A program made the position numbers and the translations under genes. From the NCBI GenBank assembly GCA_035764725.1, contig DASTYT010000051.1:4603-68602 (forward strand): a DNA stretch of 64,000 bases, in the 5' to 3' direction. Below are positions 49,495-59,631 of this stretch, one piece after another (the stretch's first letter is position 1; every line of letters begins with the position of its first letter). The notes beneath the pieces were generated by a model that searched no databases, was not told the DNA's origin, and worked only from the letters and a program-made list of their open reading frames with translations. The DNA comes from Candidatus Methylomirabilota bacterium. GTDB lineage: Bacteria > Methylomirabilota > Methylomirabilia > Rokubacteriales > CSP1-6.

Positions 49495-49962
49495 ATGGCG
49501 ATCAAGGTGCTCGAGCTCCACCATCACGGCATTCGCGTCCGCCCGGAGAAGGCCGATGAGGTGAAGGCGTTCTACGAGGACGTGCTGGGTCTCAGCGCCG
49601 ATCCGGGCCGGCCGAACATTCCCGGCATCCCCGGCTACTGGATGGACTGCGGCAACGACACGCAGATCCACATCATGGGCTGCGAGGGGATGTCACGCTA
49701 CGCCCAGGGCAGCCCCGACAAGGATCCCACGCGCCTGCACGTCGCCCTCGCCATCCCCGACATCCAGGAGGCCAAGAAGGAGCTGGACCGGCTGGGCGTG
49801 AAGTACTGGACCATCAAGTCGGTGGTGGGCCCGGAGCTGGAGCAGATCTTCATGGACGACCCCAACGGCAACCTGGTCGAGCTCCATCAGATCGGCACCT
49901 GCCGATGCAAACAGTCGTCGCGCCCGTATCGAGTGACGCCGCCGGCCAGCATGGCCGGCTAG
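49495..49962 (+). CDS. VOC family protein (glyoxalase-like)
   Basis: 155 aa from MAIKVLELHHHGIRV. GGGAGG RBS. His/Glu metal ligands. Confidence 0.65.
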   Translation: MAIKVLELHHHGIRVRPEKADEVKAFYEDVLGLSADPGRPNIPGIPGYWMDCGNDTQIHIMGCEGMSRYAQGSPDKDPTRLHVALAIPDIQEAKKELDRLGVKYWTIKSVVGPELEQIFMDDPNGNLVELHQIGTCRCKQSSRPYRVTPPASMAG

Positions 49963-49965
49963 GTC

Positions 49966-51150
49966 ATGGCGGTTTCGGACAGCCAGACGGCCTACGTCGA
50001 GCGCATCGACGAGGTCACGCGGACGCGCATCGCGCCGCGGGCGGCCGCGTACGACCGCGAGGGCAAGAACCCCGTCGAGAGCTGGCGGGATCTCTGGCGG
50101 GCGGGTTTCCTCGCCGCCGCCGTGCCCGCCGCCTACGGCGGGCGCGGGCTCGACATGGGGACCTACATCGCCTGCCTCCGCGCCATCGCGCGCGGCTGCG
50201 CCAATACCGCCATGACCGTGCACATGCACTCCACGGTCATGCGCTTCATCGACGCCCTCTGCACCGACGCACAGAAGCGCCGGTACTACGCGGAGGTGGT
50301 GGACCACGGCAAGCTCTTCGGCTCCTGGGGTAGCGAGCCGGCGGTGAGCCTCTCGCGCACGTTCCAGATCGAGACGGTGGTGCGCCGCCGCGACGGCGGC
50401 TACGTGGTGGATGGTCTCAAGCACTTCTGCACCATGGCGCTCGGCGCCTCCTACTACATGGTCTGGTGCGCGCTCGACGGCGAGGCCGACATGTCGAAGG
50501 CGCTGATCCAGGTGCTGGTCCCGGCGGACAGCCCGGGCATCCACACCGACGGCAAGTGGGACACCCTCGGCATGCGGGCGACCTTCAGCCCGAGCGTGGA
50601 GCTCCGCGACGTGCGGGTGACGCCGGAGGCCCTCATGGGCGAGCCGGGCAATGCGCTCAAGGTCGGCGTCGTCGAGAGCTTTGCGTTGGGCTATGCCGCG
50701 GTGTACGTGGCGCTGGCCGAGGCGGCGCTCGCCTTCGCCATCGAGGCGGTGAAGAAGCGAGTGGTCAAGCCGGAGAACATCCCAGTGGCCCACGATCCCG
50801 CGGTCCAGCGTCACATCGGGGAGTTGGAGGCGCGTCTCCACGCGGTGCTGCTGGTGCTCGGGGATGCCGCTGCTCGCTGGGACAAAGCCGACATGCTCCA
50901 GCGGGGGCTCCTCGCCAATCGCGCCAAGCTCCTCGCGACCGAGGTGGGGCTGGCCGTGACCGGCCACGCCATCCAGACCGTGGGCGGCCGGGCCGCCTAC
51001 AAGGAATTTCCGGTGGAGCGCGCCTTCCGCGATCTCCGCACCGCGACCCTCATGCCGCCCACCATGGACCGGATGATGGAGGCCATCGGCAAGGCCGCGC
51101 TCGGCCTCGAGGCGGCGATGTTCCGCGTGGGCGGCGCGCCGAGCGCCTGA
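49966..51150 (+). CDS. Acyl-CoA dehydrogenase family protein
   Basis: 394 aa. ACAD N-terminal, middle and C-terminal domains (YGGRGLD..., GSWGSEP..., catalytic Glu region near the C-terminus). Confidence 0.8.
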   Translation: MAVSDSQTAYVERIDEVTRTRIAPRAAAYDREGKNPVESWRDLWRAGFLAAAVPAAYGGRGLDMGTYIACLRAIARGCANTAMTVHMHSTVMRFIDALCTDAQKRRYYAEVVDHGKLFGSWGSEPAVSLSRTFQIETVVRRRDGGYVVDGLKHFCTMALGASYYMVWCALDGEADMSKALIQVLVPADSPGIHTDGKWDTLGMRATFSPSVELRDVRVTPEALMGEPGNALKVGVVESFALGYAAVYVALAEAALAFAIEAVKKRVVKPENIPVAHDPAVQRHIGELEARLHAVLLVLGDAAARWDKADMLQRGLLANRAKLLATEVGLAVTGHAIQTVGGRAAYKEFPVERAFRDLRTATLMPPTMDRMMEAIGKAALGLEAAMFRVGGAPSA

Positions 51151-51155
51151 GCGGC

Positions 51156-52043
51156 ATGGGCGCAGTCGGCTTCGTGGGCCTCGGCGCCATGGGCACACCC
51201 ATGGCGAGGCGTCTCCTCGCCGCCGGGCACACCGTGACCGGGTACAACCGCACGCGGGCCAAGGCGGAGGCGCTGGTCCCGCTGGGCCTGCGCGTGGCCG
51301 GCTCCCCGCGCGAGGCCGCCGCGGCGGGCGACGCGGTGCTCAGCATGGTGACGGACTCGGAGGCCCTGCGCCGCATCGCCGAAGGCCCCGACGGCATCCT
51401 CGCCGGGCTCAAGCCGGGCGCGGTGTGGGCGGACATGAGCACGGTGAGCCCCGCCGTGTCGCGCGCGATGGGCGCGGAGGTGGCCGCGCGCGGCGCCGCG
51501 TTCCTCGACGCGCCGGTCTCGGGCAGCGCCGTCACCGTGGAGCAGGGGAAGCTCGCCTACCTCGTGGGCGGCGACACCGCCGCACTGGAGCGAGTGCGCC
51601 CCTATCTCCTCGCCATCGGCGCCACCATCACCCACATGGGCGCGCTGGGCATGGCGGTCACCATGAAGGTCGCGCTCAATCTCGGCATCGGCGTGCAGCT
51701 CACCGCCTACGCCGAGACGGTGCTCCTCGCCGAGAAGGCGGGCATCAGCCGCGAGCGCGCCGTGGAGGCCTTCGCCCGGAGCGTGCTCGCCTCGCCGATG
51801 CTTCAGTACCGGAGCACGTTCGTGCTCGCCTCGCCCGCCGAGCCCCTGTTCGACTGCGTGATGATGCAGAAGGATCTCGGCCTCGCGCTGGAGCTGGGGC
51901 ACGCGGCGGGCGTGCCGCTGCCCACCACCGCCATCGTCCACGAGCTGCTGACGGCTGCGCGGGCGCTCGGGCTCGGTGACCGCGACTGCGCGGCGGTGTT
52001 CGACGTGCTCGCGCGTCTCTCCGGCCAGCCGGGAAGCGTGTAG
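51156..52043 (+). CDS. NAD(P)-dependent 3-hydroxyisobutyrate/6-phosphogluconate-dehydrogenase-like oxidoreductase
   Basis: 295 aa. VGFVGLGAMGTPMARRLL Rossmann motif and HIBADH-family catalytic Lys region. Start by residue counting. Confidence 0.8.
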   Translation: MGAVGFVGLGAMGTPMARRLLAAGHTVTGYNRTRAKAEALVPLGLRVAGSPREAAAAGDAVLSMVTDSEALRRIAEGPDGILAGLKPGAVWADMSTVSPAVSRAMGAEVAARGAAFLDAPVSGSAVTVEQGKLAYLVGGDTAALERVRPYLLAIGATITHMGALGMAVTMKVALNLGIGVQLTAYAETVLLAEKAGISRERAVEAFARSVLASPMLQYRSTFVLASPAEPLFDCVMMQKDLGLALELGHAAGVPLPTTAIVHELLTAARALGLGDRDCAAVFDVLARLSGQPGSV

Positions 52044-52182
52044 TGCAGCGGCGTGTAGGACGCCGCCCTCGCTTCGCTCGGGAACCCATCATGTATCCGC
52101 TCGCCTCGCCTGCGGCTGCGGCTCGCCCATCTTCCTCCTCAAGCTCTTCCTGACGCCCACGCTGATCGCCTCGGCGAGCCTC

Positions 52183-52896
52183 GTGGGGCGGCGCTGGGGG
52201 CAGGGAGTGGGCGGGGTGATCGTGGCACTGCCTCTCACCTCGGGGCCCGTGGCCTTCTTCCTCGTGCTCGAGCACGGGCCGGCCTTCGCGGCGGGCGCGG
52301 CGCTGGGCTCGATGGCCGGCGCGCTCGCCCAGGGCGTCTTCTGCCTGGCCTACGCGGCGCTCGCCGCCCGCGGCTGGCCGCTCGCCTTCGCCGGCGGCAC
52401 GGCCGCGTTCGCGCTGGCGGGGCTCGTGCTGCAACGCCTCGCGCTGCGGCTCGGGACCCTCACCATCGTGGTCGCGGTGGGGCTGGTGCTCGCTCTCCTC
52501 GCGATGCCGCACGGCGAGGAGACGCGCCGCCCGGGCCCGCCACCGCGATGGGACATTCCCGCGCGGATGATCGTGGCGACGGTGCTCGTGCTCTCGCTCA
52601 CCGCCGCCGCCACGACCCTGGGGCCTCGCCTCAGCGGTCTCCTCGCGACGTTTCCGGTCTACGCCGGCATTCTCGCGGTATTCGCCCACGCCCAGGACGG
52701 CCCCGGCCCCGCGACGCGGGCGCTGCGGGGGCTCCTCGCCGGGCTCTTCAGCTTCGCCGCCTTCTTCGTGGTGATCGCCGCCCTGATCGAGCGGCTCGGT
52801 ATCGTGCCGGCCTTCGCCGCCGCATTCGTCACCACGCTCGCGCTCCAGGCGCTCGCCCTGGTGGTGATCCACGACCCGCCCACGGTGGCTGCCTAG
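52183..52896 (+). CDS. Hypothetical polytopic membrane protein (start uncertain)
   Basis: ~237 aa, 6-7 TM helices, high GC3. No ATG in the N-terminal region; the GTG at 52183 is the first plausible start. The real start may lie within 52044-52190. Confidence 0.4.
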   Translation: MGRRWGQGVGGVIVALPLTSGPVAFFLVLEHGPAFAAGAALGSMAGALAQGVFCLAYAALAARGWPLAFAGGTAAFALAGLVLQRLALRLGTLTIVVAVGLVLALLAMPHGEETRRPGPPPRWDIPARMIVATVLVLSLTAAATTLGPRLSGLLATFPVYAGILAVFAHAQDGPGPATRALRGLLAGLFSFAAFFVVIAALIERLGIVPAFAAAFVTTLALQALALVVIHDPPTVAA

Positions 52897-52899
52897 GCC

Positions 52900-53220
52900 T
52901 CAGCGGGCTGGATCGGCGGTCCCCGGCGCGCGCACCGCGACGCCATTGACCACACGCTGCACGCCGCCCACGCTCGCGGCGACGGTGCCGGCCCGCTCCC
53001 TCTCTTCGTCCGACCGGACGTCGCCGGAGAGGTACACGACCGCGCGCCGGCTCACCACGCCCAGCCGGGTGAGGTTCGCATCGGTCTCTGCGACCAGGCG
53101 GGCCTTCACCTCGCTCTCGATCCTGGCGTCCGTCCAGGGGCTCATGGTGGCGCAGGCCCCGAGAAGGAGAGCCACAGCGACGATCAGCGAGGCAATGAGG
53201 CGGCCGCGCATCGGCGTCAC
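52900..53220 (-). CDS. BON-domain lipoprotein
   Basis: 106 aa. Lipobox LLLGAC. BON-like region (VKARLVAETD..., VYLSGDVRSDEERERA...VQRVVNGVAV). Confidence 0.65.
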   Translation of the reverse strand: MTPMRGRLIASLIVAVALLLGACATMSPWTDARIESEVKARLVAETDANLTRLGVVSRRAVVYLSGDVRSDEERERAGTVAASVGGVQRVVNGVAVRAPGTADPAR

Positions 53221-56200
53221 TTCGAGCGCTCCCCGAGACCGAACGGCTCCAGGAGCCGGCGAATGGGGCTCGGCCGCGACGGCGCATCCGGCTCGAGCAG
53301 GGTCACGCGCACCTGGCCGGCGACCTCATCCCCATCCGTTGCCGGCTCGGCTCGGAGCCGTCCACCGTCGGCGCCCGCCTTCTCGATGCCCTTCTTGACC
53401 GCTTCCACACGCTTGGCGGCCAGCGTGGCAGGCTTCGTGCCGTCGAGCGCGGCGCGATCCGCCGCGGAGACCACGGGGACGAGCGCGAGCCGGACGTCCG
53501 GCACCTGCTCGAGGAACGTGGCCAGTCGCGTCACCTGCTCGTGAGCCTCTGGCGCCAGGACGGCGGAGCCCGCCGCGAACGGGACGGGGTTCACATCCAC
53601 CTGCTGAATCATCGAGTCGCTGCCCGTCCGGACCCGGCCGATCCAGCTGAGCGGTGCCGTGACGGTCTTGACGGCGACGTTGCGCAGCGTGCTCCAGAGC
53701 GCGTTCCTCATGTCGAAGTGTGGATCGTTCAACCGGCCGTCCACGGGCAAGGACACCCGGATGTCGCCGTGGCGATCCTTCATCAGGGCGACGATCGTAC
53801 CGAGAGGCAGGCCGATGCGCGCCTGTGCCTCGTCCGAGCCGGACACGCGGGCCACCTCGAGGCGCCGTATCAGAATCTCGGTCTTGGCGTCGAGCGCGTT
53901 GCCGTCGACATGGCAGCTGACGGTGGCGCTCAGGGAGCCGGAGCGTGCCTCCCACGCGACCTGCTGGAGCAGATAGGAGTTCGTCCGCGGCACCGCGAAG
54001 TCGTGCAGCTCGGCGCCGAGGTCGAGGCGGAGCGGCCCGCCCAGCGACCCCACGCGGCCGTTGACGACCAGGCGTGCATCGCCTCCCACACGTCCGACCA
54101 GCTCGACACGGGCCGGCCGCGCCGCCGGGTCGGTGGAAAGCCCCTCGACCCGGCCGTTCAGTGCGTACGTGTCCAGCGCGAACGGAGGCGCCACGCGCTG
54201 ATCGACGGTGCGAGCGCCGCCGTTCTCGACGGCTATACGACGAATCGTGAGGCGCAGCGGCTCCTCGTCGGACGACGTCGATACGTCCGACGGCGCGCCG
54301 GCGCGGCCGCTCCGGCGCGGGGCGAGCAGCGTCTTGAGCGACAGCTCCCCCTGGCGATCGCGCTCCAGCAGCACCCACGGGCGTTGCAGCGCGGCATCAC
54401 GGATGGTCACGCGGCGGGGCCAGTCGACGTCGACCCCCTCCGCCCGGGCTCGATCGACGCGGAGAAGGGTGCGCTCGCCGTCACGGACGTCGAGCCCCGC
54501 GGCCCCCGCCTCGCCGCGCGCCGTCACCCGTCTCGGCTCGCCCGTTCCCATGGCCACCGCGAGATCGAAGTCGACGCGGCCTCGGATTCGCGCGGGGATG
54601 TCCGCATATGCCAGATACGGGCCGACCTCCGTGCCTTGCGCCCGCGCGCGCCCCTCGATGGTGACCGGATCGAGCGCCACGCGTCCGTCGAACCCGAGCT
54701 GGCCGCCGCCGGGCGGTTGCCCCTGCACGCGTATTCCGAGCGGACCCTGGAAGGGCCAGGTCACCCCGGTGACACGAGCGGTGAGATCTGCGAGCTCGAG
54801 CGCGACAACGGGTTGAACGCTCTGATCGCGCCACGCCACGCGTCCGTCCTGCACGAGGATCTCGCCCACCGCGAGGGCGATCGAGGCCGCGTCACCCTTC
54901 CCCTCGCTCTTGCCGGGCGCGCCCGGGGTGGCCGGCGCCCCTGGCAGTACGAGCTGTCCCTCGCGATCCCGTTGGAGCGCGACGCGGGGTCCCGCGACGA
55001 TCAGCCGTCGTGCGGCGAGGTGGGGCCAGTCCGCCTCGATATCGCGCGCCTCGATCCGGCGCGCCCTCCCGAGCTCCATCGTCCCATCGGCGACGCCGAG
55101 CTGGCTCACGGCAACGTACCCCTTGACATGGCGCGGCACCGCCGGAGCCAGCGGCTCGTCGATGTGCAGGTCGGCCTCCGCGAATCCCTCGACGCGCATG
55201 GAGCCAGGCACCAGTCTCGCCCACGGGCGGAGATCGACGCGCGCGAGCTGAAGGCGCAGCTGGCTCGCCGCCGGGGGCGGGCTCAGGCTTCCACCCAGAC
55301 GAAGCGTGCCACCGCCGGGAACGCTGCTGCGAATGTCGAGGCGACCGGGCCGCACCACCGGCCAGGTCACATCGCCCAGGCTCGCCTGAAGCGTCGTCTG
55401 CTGGAAGCGGCCGCGGCCGCTCGGGGTGGGATCCTTCACGCTCGCCTCGCCCGCCACCTCGAGGCCGCCGATCTCGAGCTGATCCTCGCGGTACCGGAGG
55501 TCTCGGAACTCCGTGGTGAGACGAGGCACCACGACGGAGGGATCTTGCTCGCCGCGTCGCAGCAGCGCCACGTCCTCGATCCGGCTCGTCCCGTTCGCGT
55601 GCACGCCCTCCCGTGCGTCCAGGCGGACCCGCACCGTGGAGGTGGCGCGTCCCCGCTCCAGCACGAGCGCCGCGTCGGGCGGAACATAGAGGCGCGCCAG
55701 CGAGAGATCGAGATTCGAGGTCTCCACGACCGCCTCGAGGTGAATCGGGTAGAGGCGCACGTCGCGTAGCTCGAGCGAGGCCGGCGCGCCCACGGTCACC
55801 GAGCGCGCGATGGCCCGGCCATCGTTGCGACGGGTGGAGAGGTTGTGGCCCTCGATCTCGATCTGCTCCGATGTCCAGGTCCGCGGCTCGGCCAGCGCCC
55901 GGTCCTCGAGGGCGGCGCGGCTCGCCGTGACGACGAGGTGATCCACCGTCACGTCCAGGAATCGGCGGCTCGACGAAGGCCCCTCGAAGAGATCCGCGAT
56001 GTTGAACCCGTCGGCGAGCCGCACGATGCGCACCGCCGAGCCCTCGATCCGCGCTTCGCGGAGCCACAGGTGACCCCGGAGAAGGGCCCAGGGACGGAGG
56101 CGGAGCTCGACACGATTGACGTCGACGAAGGGTGAGACGCCGTCCCGGTCCTGCATGCTGAGGCCGCGGACGACGATGCTGGCCCGGAACGGATCGAGCT

Positions 56201-56375
56201 GGACAGCCTCGACGCGCACGGGCCGATGGGAGATCGCATGGATCCGCGCAATCAAGAGGTGTCGAAACAAGACGGGCGATGCGTAGGCAGCCGCCAGCAT
56301 CAGCAGTGCCAAGACGACGCCCGTGACGACGAGCCACCGAACAGACCTCGAAGATCGCGCTGGCATCCACCGCAT
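53217..56375 (-). CDS. AsmA/DUF748-like giant envelope protein with N-terminal TM anchor and C-terminal OmpA-like domain
   Basis: ~1052 aa from MRWMPARSSRSVRWLVVTGVVLALLMLAAAYA (TM). Long beta-rich repeat-like body. C-terminal ~110 aa resembles an OmpA_C peptidoglycan-binding domain (FAAGSAVLAPEAHEQVTRLATFLEQVPDVRLALV...AAKRVEAVKKGIEKAG). ATGA-like 4-nt overlap with the BON gene. Confidence 0.6.
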   Translation of the reverse strand: MRWMPARSSRSVRWLVVTGVVLALLMLAAAYASPVLFRHLLIARIHAISHRPVRVEAVQLDPFRASIVVRGLSMQDRDGVSPFVDVNRVELRLRPWALLRGHLWLREARIEGSAVRIVRLADGFNIADLFEGPSSSRRFLDVTVDHLVVTASRAALEDRALAEPRTWTSEQIEIEGHNLSTRRNDGRAIARSVTVGAPASLELRDVRLYPIHLEAVVETSNLDLSLARLYVPPDAALVLERGRATSTVRVRLDAREGVHANGTSRIEDVALLRRGEQDPSVVVPRLTTEFRDLRYREDQLEIGGLEVAGEASVKDPTPSGRGRFQQTTLQASLGDVTWPVVRPGRLDIRSSVPGGGTLRLGGSLSPPPAASQLRLQLARVDLRPWARLVPGSMRVEGFAEADLHIDEPLAPAVPRHVKGYVAVSQLGVADGTMELGRARRIEARDIEADWPHLAARRLIVAGPRVALQRDREGQLVLPGAPATPGAPGKSEGKGDAASIALAVGEILVQDGRVAWRDQSVQPVVALELADLTARVTGVTWPFQGPLGIRVQGQPPGGGQLGFDGRVALDPVTIEGRARAQGTEVGPYLAYADIPARIRGRVDFDLAVAMGTGEPRRVTARGEAGAAGLDVRDGERTLLRVDRARAEGVDVDWPRRVTIRDAALQRPWVLLERDRQGELSLKTLLAPRRSGRAGAPSDVSTSSDEEPLRLTIRRIAVENGGARTVDQRVAPPFALDTYALNGRVEGLSTDPAARPARVELVGRVGGDARLVVNGRVGSLGGPLRLDLGAELHDFAVPRTNSYLLQQVAWEARSGSLSATVSCHVDGNALDAKTEILIRRLEVARVSGSDEAQARIGLPLGTIVALMKDRHGDIRVSLPVDGRLNDPHFDMRNALWSTLRNVAVKTVTAPLSWIGRVRTGSDSMIQQVDVNPVPFAAGSAVLAPEAHEQVTRLATFLEQVPDVRLALVPVVSAADRAALDGTKPATLAAKRVEAVKKGIEKAGADGGRLRAEPATDGDEVAGQVRVTLLEPDAPSRPSPIRRLLEPFGLGERSK

Positions 56376-56544
56376 GTGACGGATGTTGACGCATCGGCCG
56401 TGCCACTCCCGCAGGACCCGAATCGCGACTCGACGGTGCCTTTCGTGACGAACGGACGACGCACGCGGGAGGCGAACGGGTACGATCTGCCGGGACCTGT
56501 CAAAAAGTACCCGGTGGACGGCATCGCCGCCCACCGCCGCGAGG

Positions 56545-56724
56545 CTAGGCCTCGTATTCCCGGCTGACCTCGACGGCGGTCTCGCCGTCGTCGTCGATCA
56601 CGAGGGCGATGACGTTCGGCCGGCAGCACACCGCACAGTCCTCGGTGAAGCGCTGCCGCCGTCCGCCGCTGGGATCGACGTCGAGGTGGTTCTCCTCGCC
56701 GCAGAAGGCGCAGGTGTAGGTCAC
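56545..56724 (-). CDS. Unannotated CPxCG-related zinc-ribbon protein (59 aa; VTYTCAFCGEENHLDVDPSGGRRQRFTEDCAVCCRPNVIALVIDDDGETAVEVSREYEA)
   Basis: Not in the ORF track (<60 aa). GTG start 13 nt after the livF stop. Motif CxxCGE...DCxVCCRP...DDDGE matches the small Cys-rich CPXCG family. High GC3. Confidence 0.55.
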   Translation of the reverse strand: MTYTCAFCGEENHLDVDPSGGRRQRFTEDCAVCCRPNVIALVIDDDGETAVEVSREYEA

Positions 56725-56737
56725 GTTCGGCGCCGGG

Positions 56738-57453
<716 letters not shown>

Positions 57454-57457
<4 letters not shown>

Positions 57458-58200
57458 CGGGTCGACCCGAGATAGGTCTGCTGCACGAGCGTGTTGGCTC
57501 GGATCTCGGCGGGCGAGCCCTCGGCCAGGACCTGCCCCTGGTGCAGCACGGTGATGCGGTCGGAGATGTTCATGACGACCTTCATCTTGTGCTCGACCAG
57601 GATGACGGTGCGGCCGTCGGCGATCTTCCGGATGAGGCGGATGGTCTCGTCGGTCTCCTCCGGGCTCATCCCCGCGGTGGGCTCGTCGAGAAGGAGCAGC
57701 GAGGGCTCGGTGGCCAGCGCGATCCCGAGCTCCAGGTGGCGCTTCTCCCCGTGCGAGAGCTGGGCGGCGGTGAGCATGCGCTTCTCCCACAGCGCGACTT
57801 CGTGGAGGATGGCCTCCGCCCGCTCCCGCACCCCGTCGAGCGACGAGGCGCGCGCCCAGAAGTTGAACGAGTGGCGGTAGGATTGCACGGCCACCCGGAC
57901 GTTCTCGAGCACGGAGAGATGGGGGAACACGTTGGTGATCTGGTAGGACTTCGAGACGCCGAGGCGGGACACGCGATGCTGGGGCATCCCGGTGACGTCC
58001 TGGCCCTTGAAGCGGATGCGGCCGCTGCTCGGCACCATCTCGCCGGAGATCAGCCGGAAGAAGGTGGTCTTGCCCGCGCCGTTGGGACCGATGATGGCGC
58101 GGAGCTCGCCGGGCGCCACCGCGAAGTCCACCGCATTGACGGCGGTGAGGCTGCCGAAGCTGCGGGTGAGCTTGCTCGTCTCGAGAATCAACTCGGCCAT
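57454..58200 (-). CDS. livG: Branched-chain amino-acid ABC transporter ATP-binding protein LivG
   Basis: 248 aa from MAELILETSKLTRSFG. Walker A GPNGAGKTT, LSHGEKRHLELGIAL, LivG-specific insertion. Confidence 0.85.
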
Positions 58201-58271
58201 GTGGCGGCGGGGCGTAACATAGCAGCCCGTTTTTCCAGGTGTCAAGGTAGACTTCCCGCGGACTTGGCCCG

Positions 58272-59132
58272 ATGAAACCGGCGCCCTTCGCGTATTGCCG
58301 TCCCGCCACGCTCGACGAGGCGCTCGAGTCGCTCGCGCGGCTCGGCCCCGAGGCCCGCGTGCTCGCCGGCGGGCAGAGCCTGGTCCCCGCGCTCAACATG
58401 CGCCTCGCCCAGCCCTCCGCCCTCGTCGACATCAACCGCGTGCCCGGGCTGGACGGGATCCGCCTGGCGCCCGAGGGCCTCGTGATCGGCGCTCTCGCGC
58501 GCCAGGAGGCGGTGCTGCGCTCGCCGCTCGTCGCGCAGCATGCTCAGCTGATCGCCCAGGCCATGCCCCACGTCGCGCACCTCGCGCTGCGGACGCGCGG
58601 CACCTTCGGGGGCAGCCTGGCCCTCGGCGATCCCGCCGCCGAGCTGCCGGCCTGCGCGGTGGCGCTGGACGCCATCCTCCGCGTGGCGCGACGGGCCGGC
58701 GAGCGCGAGATTCCCGCCGCGCGCTTCTTTCGCGGCATCTACGCGACCGCGCTCGAGCCCGGCGAGATCCTGACCGCCGCGGTGTTTCCGACGCGGGCGG
58801 CGGCGTGGCGCTTCCACTTCGACGAGCTGGCGCGGCGCCACGGCGACTACGCCCTCGTCGCCCTCGCCGCCGCCGCGCGTGTCGACGGCGGCGCGATCGC
58901 GGAGGCGCGGCTCGTCTTCGCGGGGGTGGGGCTCACGCCGGTGCGGGCGACGCGCGGCGAGGCGGTCCTGGCGGGCCGACACCCGGACGCGGCCACGCTC
59001 GCCGAGGCTGGGCGCGCGCTCGATGCCGACCTCGATCCGCCGAGCGACGTGCACGCCAGCGCGGCCCTACGTCGCCACCTCGCCCGGGTGCTGATGGCGC
59101 GCGCGCTGGCCGCCCTCGTGACGGGCGCGTAA
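58272..59132 (+). CDS. Xanthine dehydrogenase/CO-dehydrogenase-family FAD-binding medium subunit (CoxM-like)
   Basis: 286 aa. FAD_binding_5 motifs (VLAGGQSLVPALNMR, GTFGGSLA) and CO_deh_flav_C. Confidence 0.85.
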   Translation: MKPAPFAYCRPATLDEALESLARLGPEARVLAGGQSLVPALNMRLAQPSALVDINRVPGLDGIRLAPEGLVIGALARQEAVLRSPLVAQHAQLIAQAMPHVAHLALRTRGTFGGSLALGDPAAELPACAVALDAILRVARRAGEREIPAARFFRGIYATALEPGEILTAAVFPTRAAAWRFHFDELARRHGDYALVALAAAARVDGGAIAEARLVFAGVGLTPVRATRGEAVLAGRHPDAATLAEAGRALDADLDPPSDVHASAALRRHLARVLMARALAALVTGA

Positions 59133-59136
59133 GGCG

Positions 59137-59631
59137 ATGGACGCCCGCCACGAGGTCGAGATCGCGCTCATCGTCAACGGCGTCGCCGTCCGCCGGCGGG
59201 TGGAGGCGCGCAAGAGCCTCGTCGACTTCCTCAGGGAGGACCTCGAGCTGACCGGGTCGCATGTGGGCTGTGAGCACGGTGTCTGCGGCGCCTGCACGCT
59301 GCGGGTGGACGGGGCCCTCGCGCGCGGCTGCCTCATGCTGGCTGCGCAGTGCGACGGCAGCCGGGTGGAGACCATCGAGGGCGTGGCCGCCTCCGGCGAG
59401 ATCGCGGATCTGCAGCGCGCCTTCGCCGAGGCCAACGCGCTCCAGTGCGGCTTCTGCACGCCGGCCATGCTCCTCACCGCGGACGCCCTCCTGCGCGACG
59501 ATCCCGCCCTCGACGCGGCGTCGGCGCGCCGCGGCCTGTCGGGCAACTACTGCCGCTGCACCGGCTACCACGCCATCGTGGAAGCCGTCCTCACCGCCGC
59601 TCGCGTGCGCCGGGAAGCCTCGCATGGCTGA
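59137..59631 (+). CDS. (2Fe-2S)-binding small subunit of a molybdenum hydroxylase (CoxS-like)
   Basis: 164 aa. Plant-type ferredoxin motif CEHGVCGACT and second cluster motif CGFCTPAM...CRCTGY. Confidence 0.9.
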   Translation: MDARHEVEIALIVNGVAVRRRVEARKSLVDFLREDLELTGSHVGCEHGVCGACTLRVDGALARGCLMLAAQCDGSRVETIEGVAASGEIADLQRAFAEANALQCGFCTPAMLLTADALLRDDPALDAASARRGLSGNYCRCTGYHAIVEAVLTAARVRREASHG

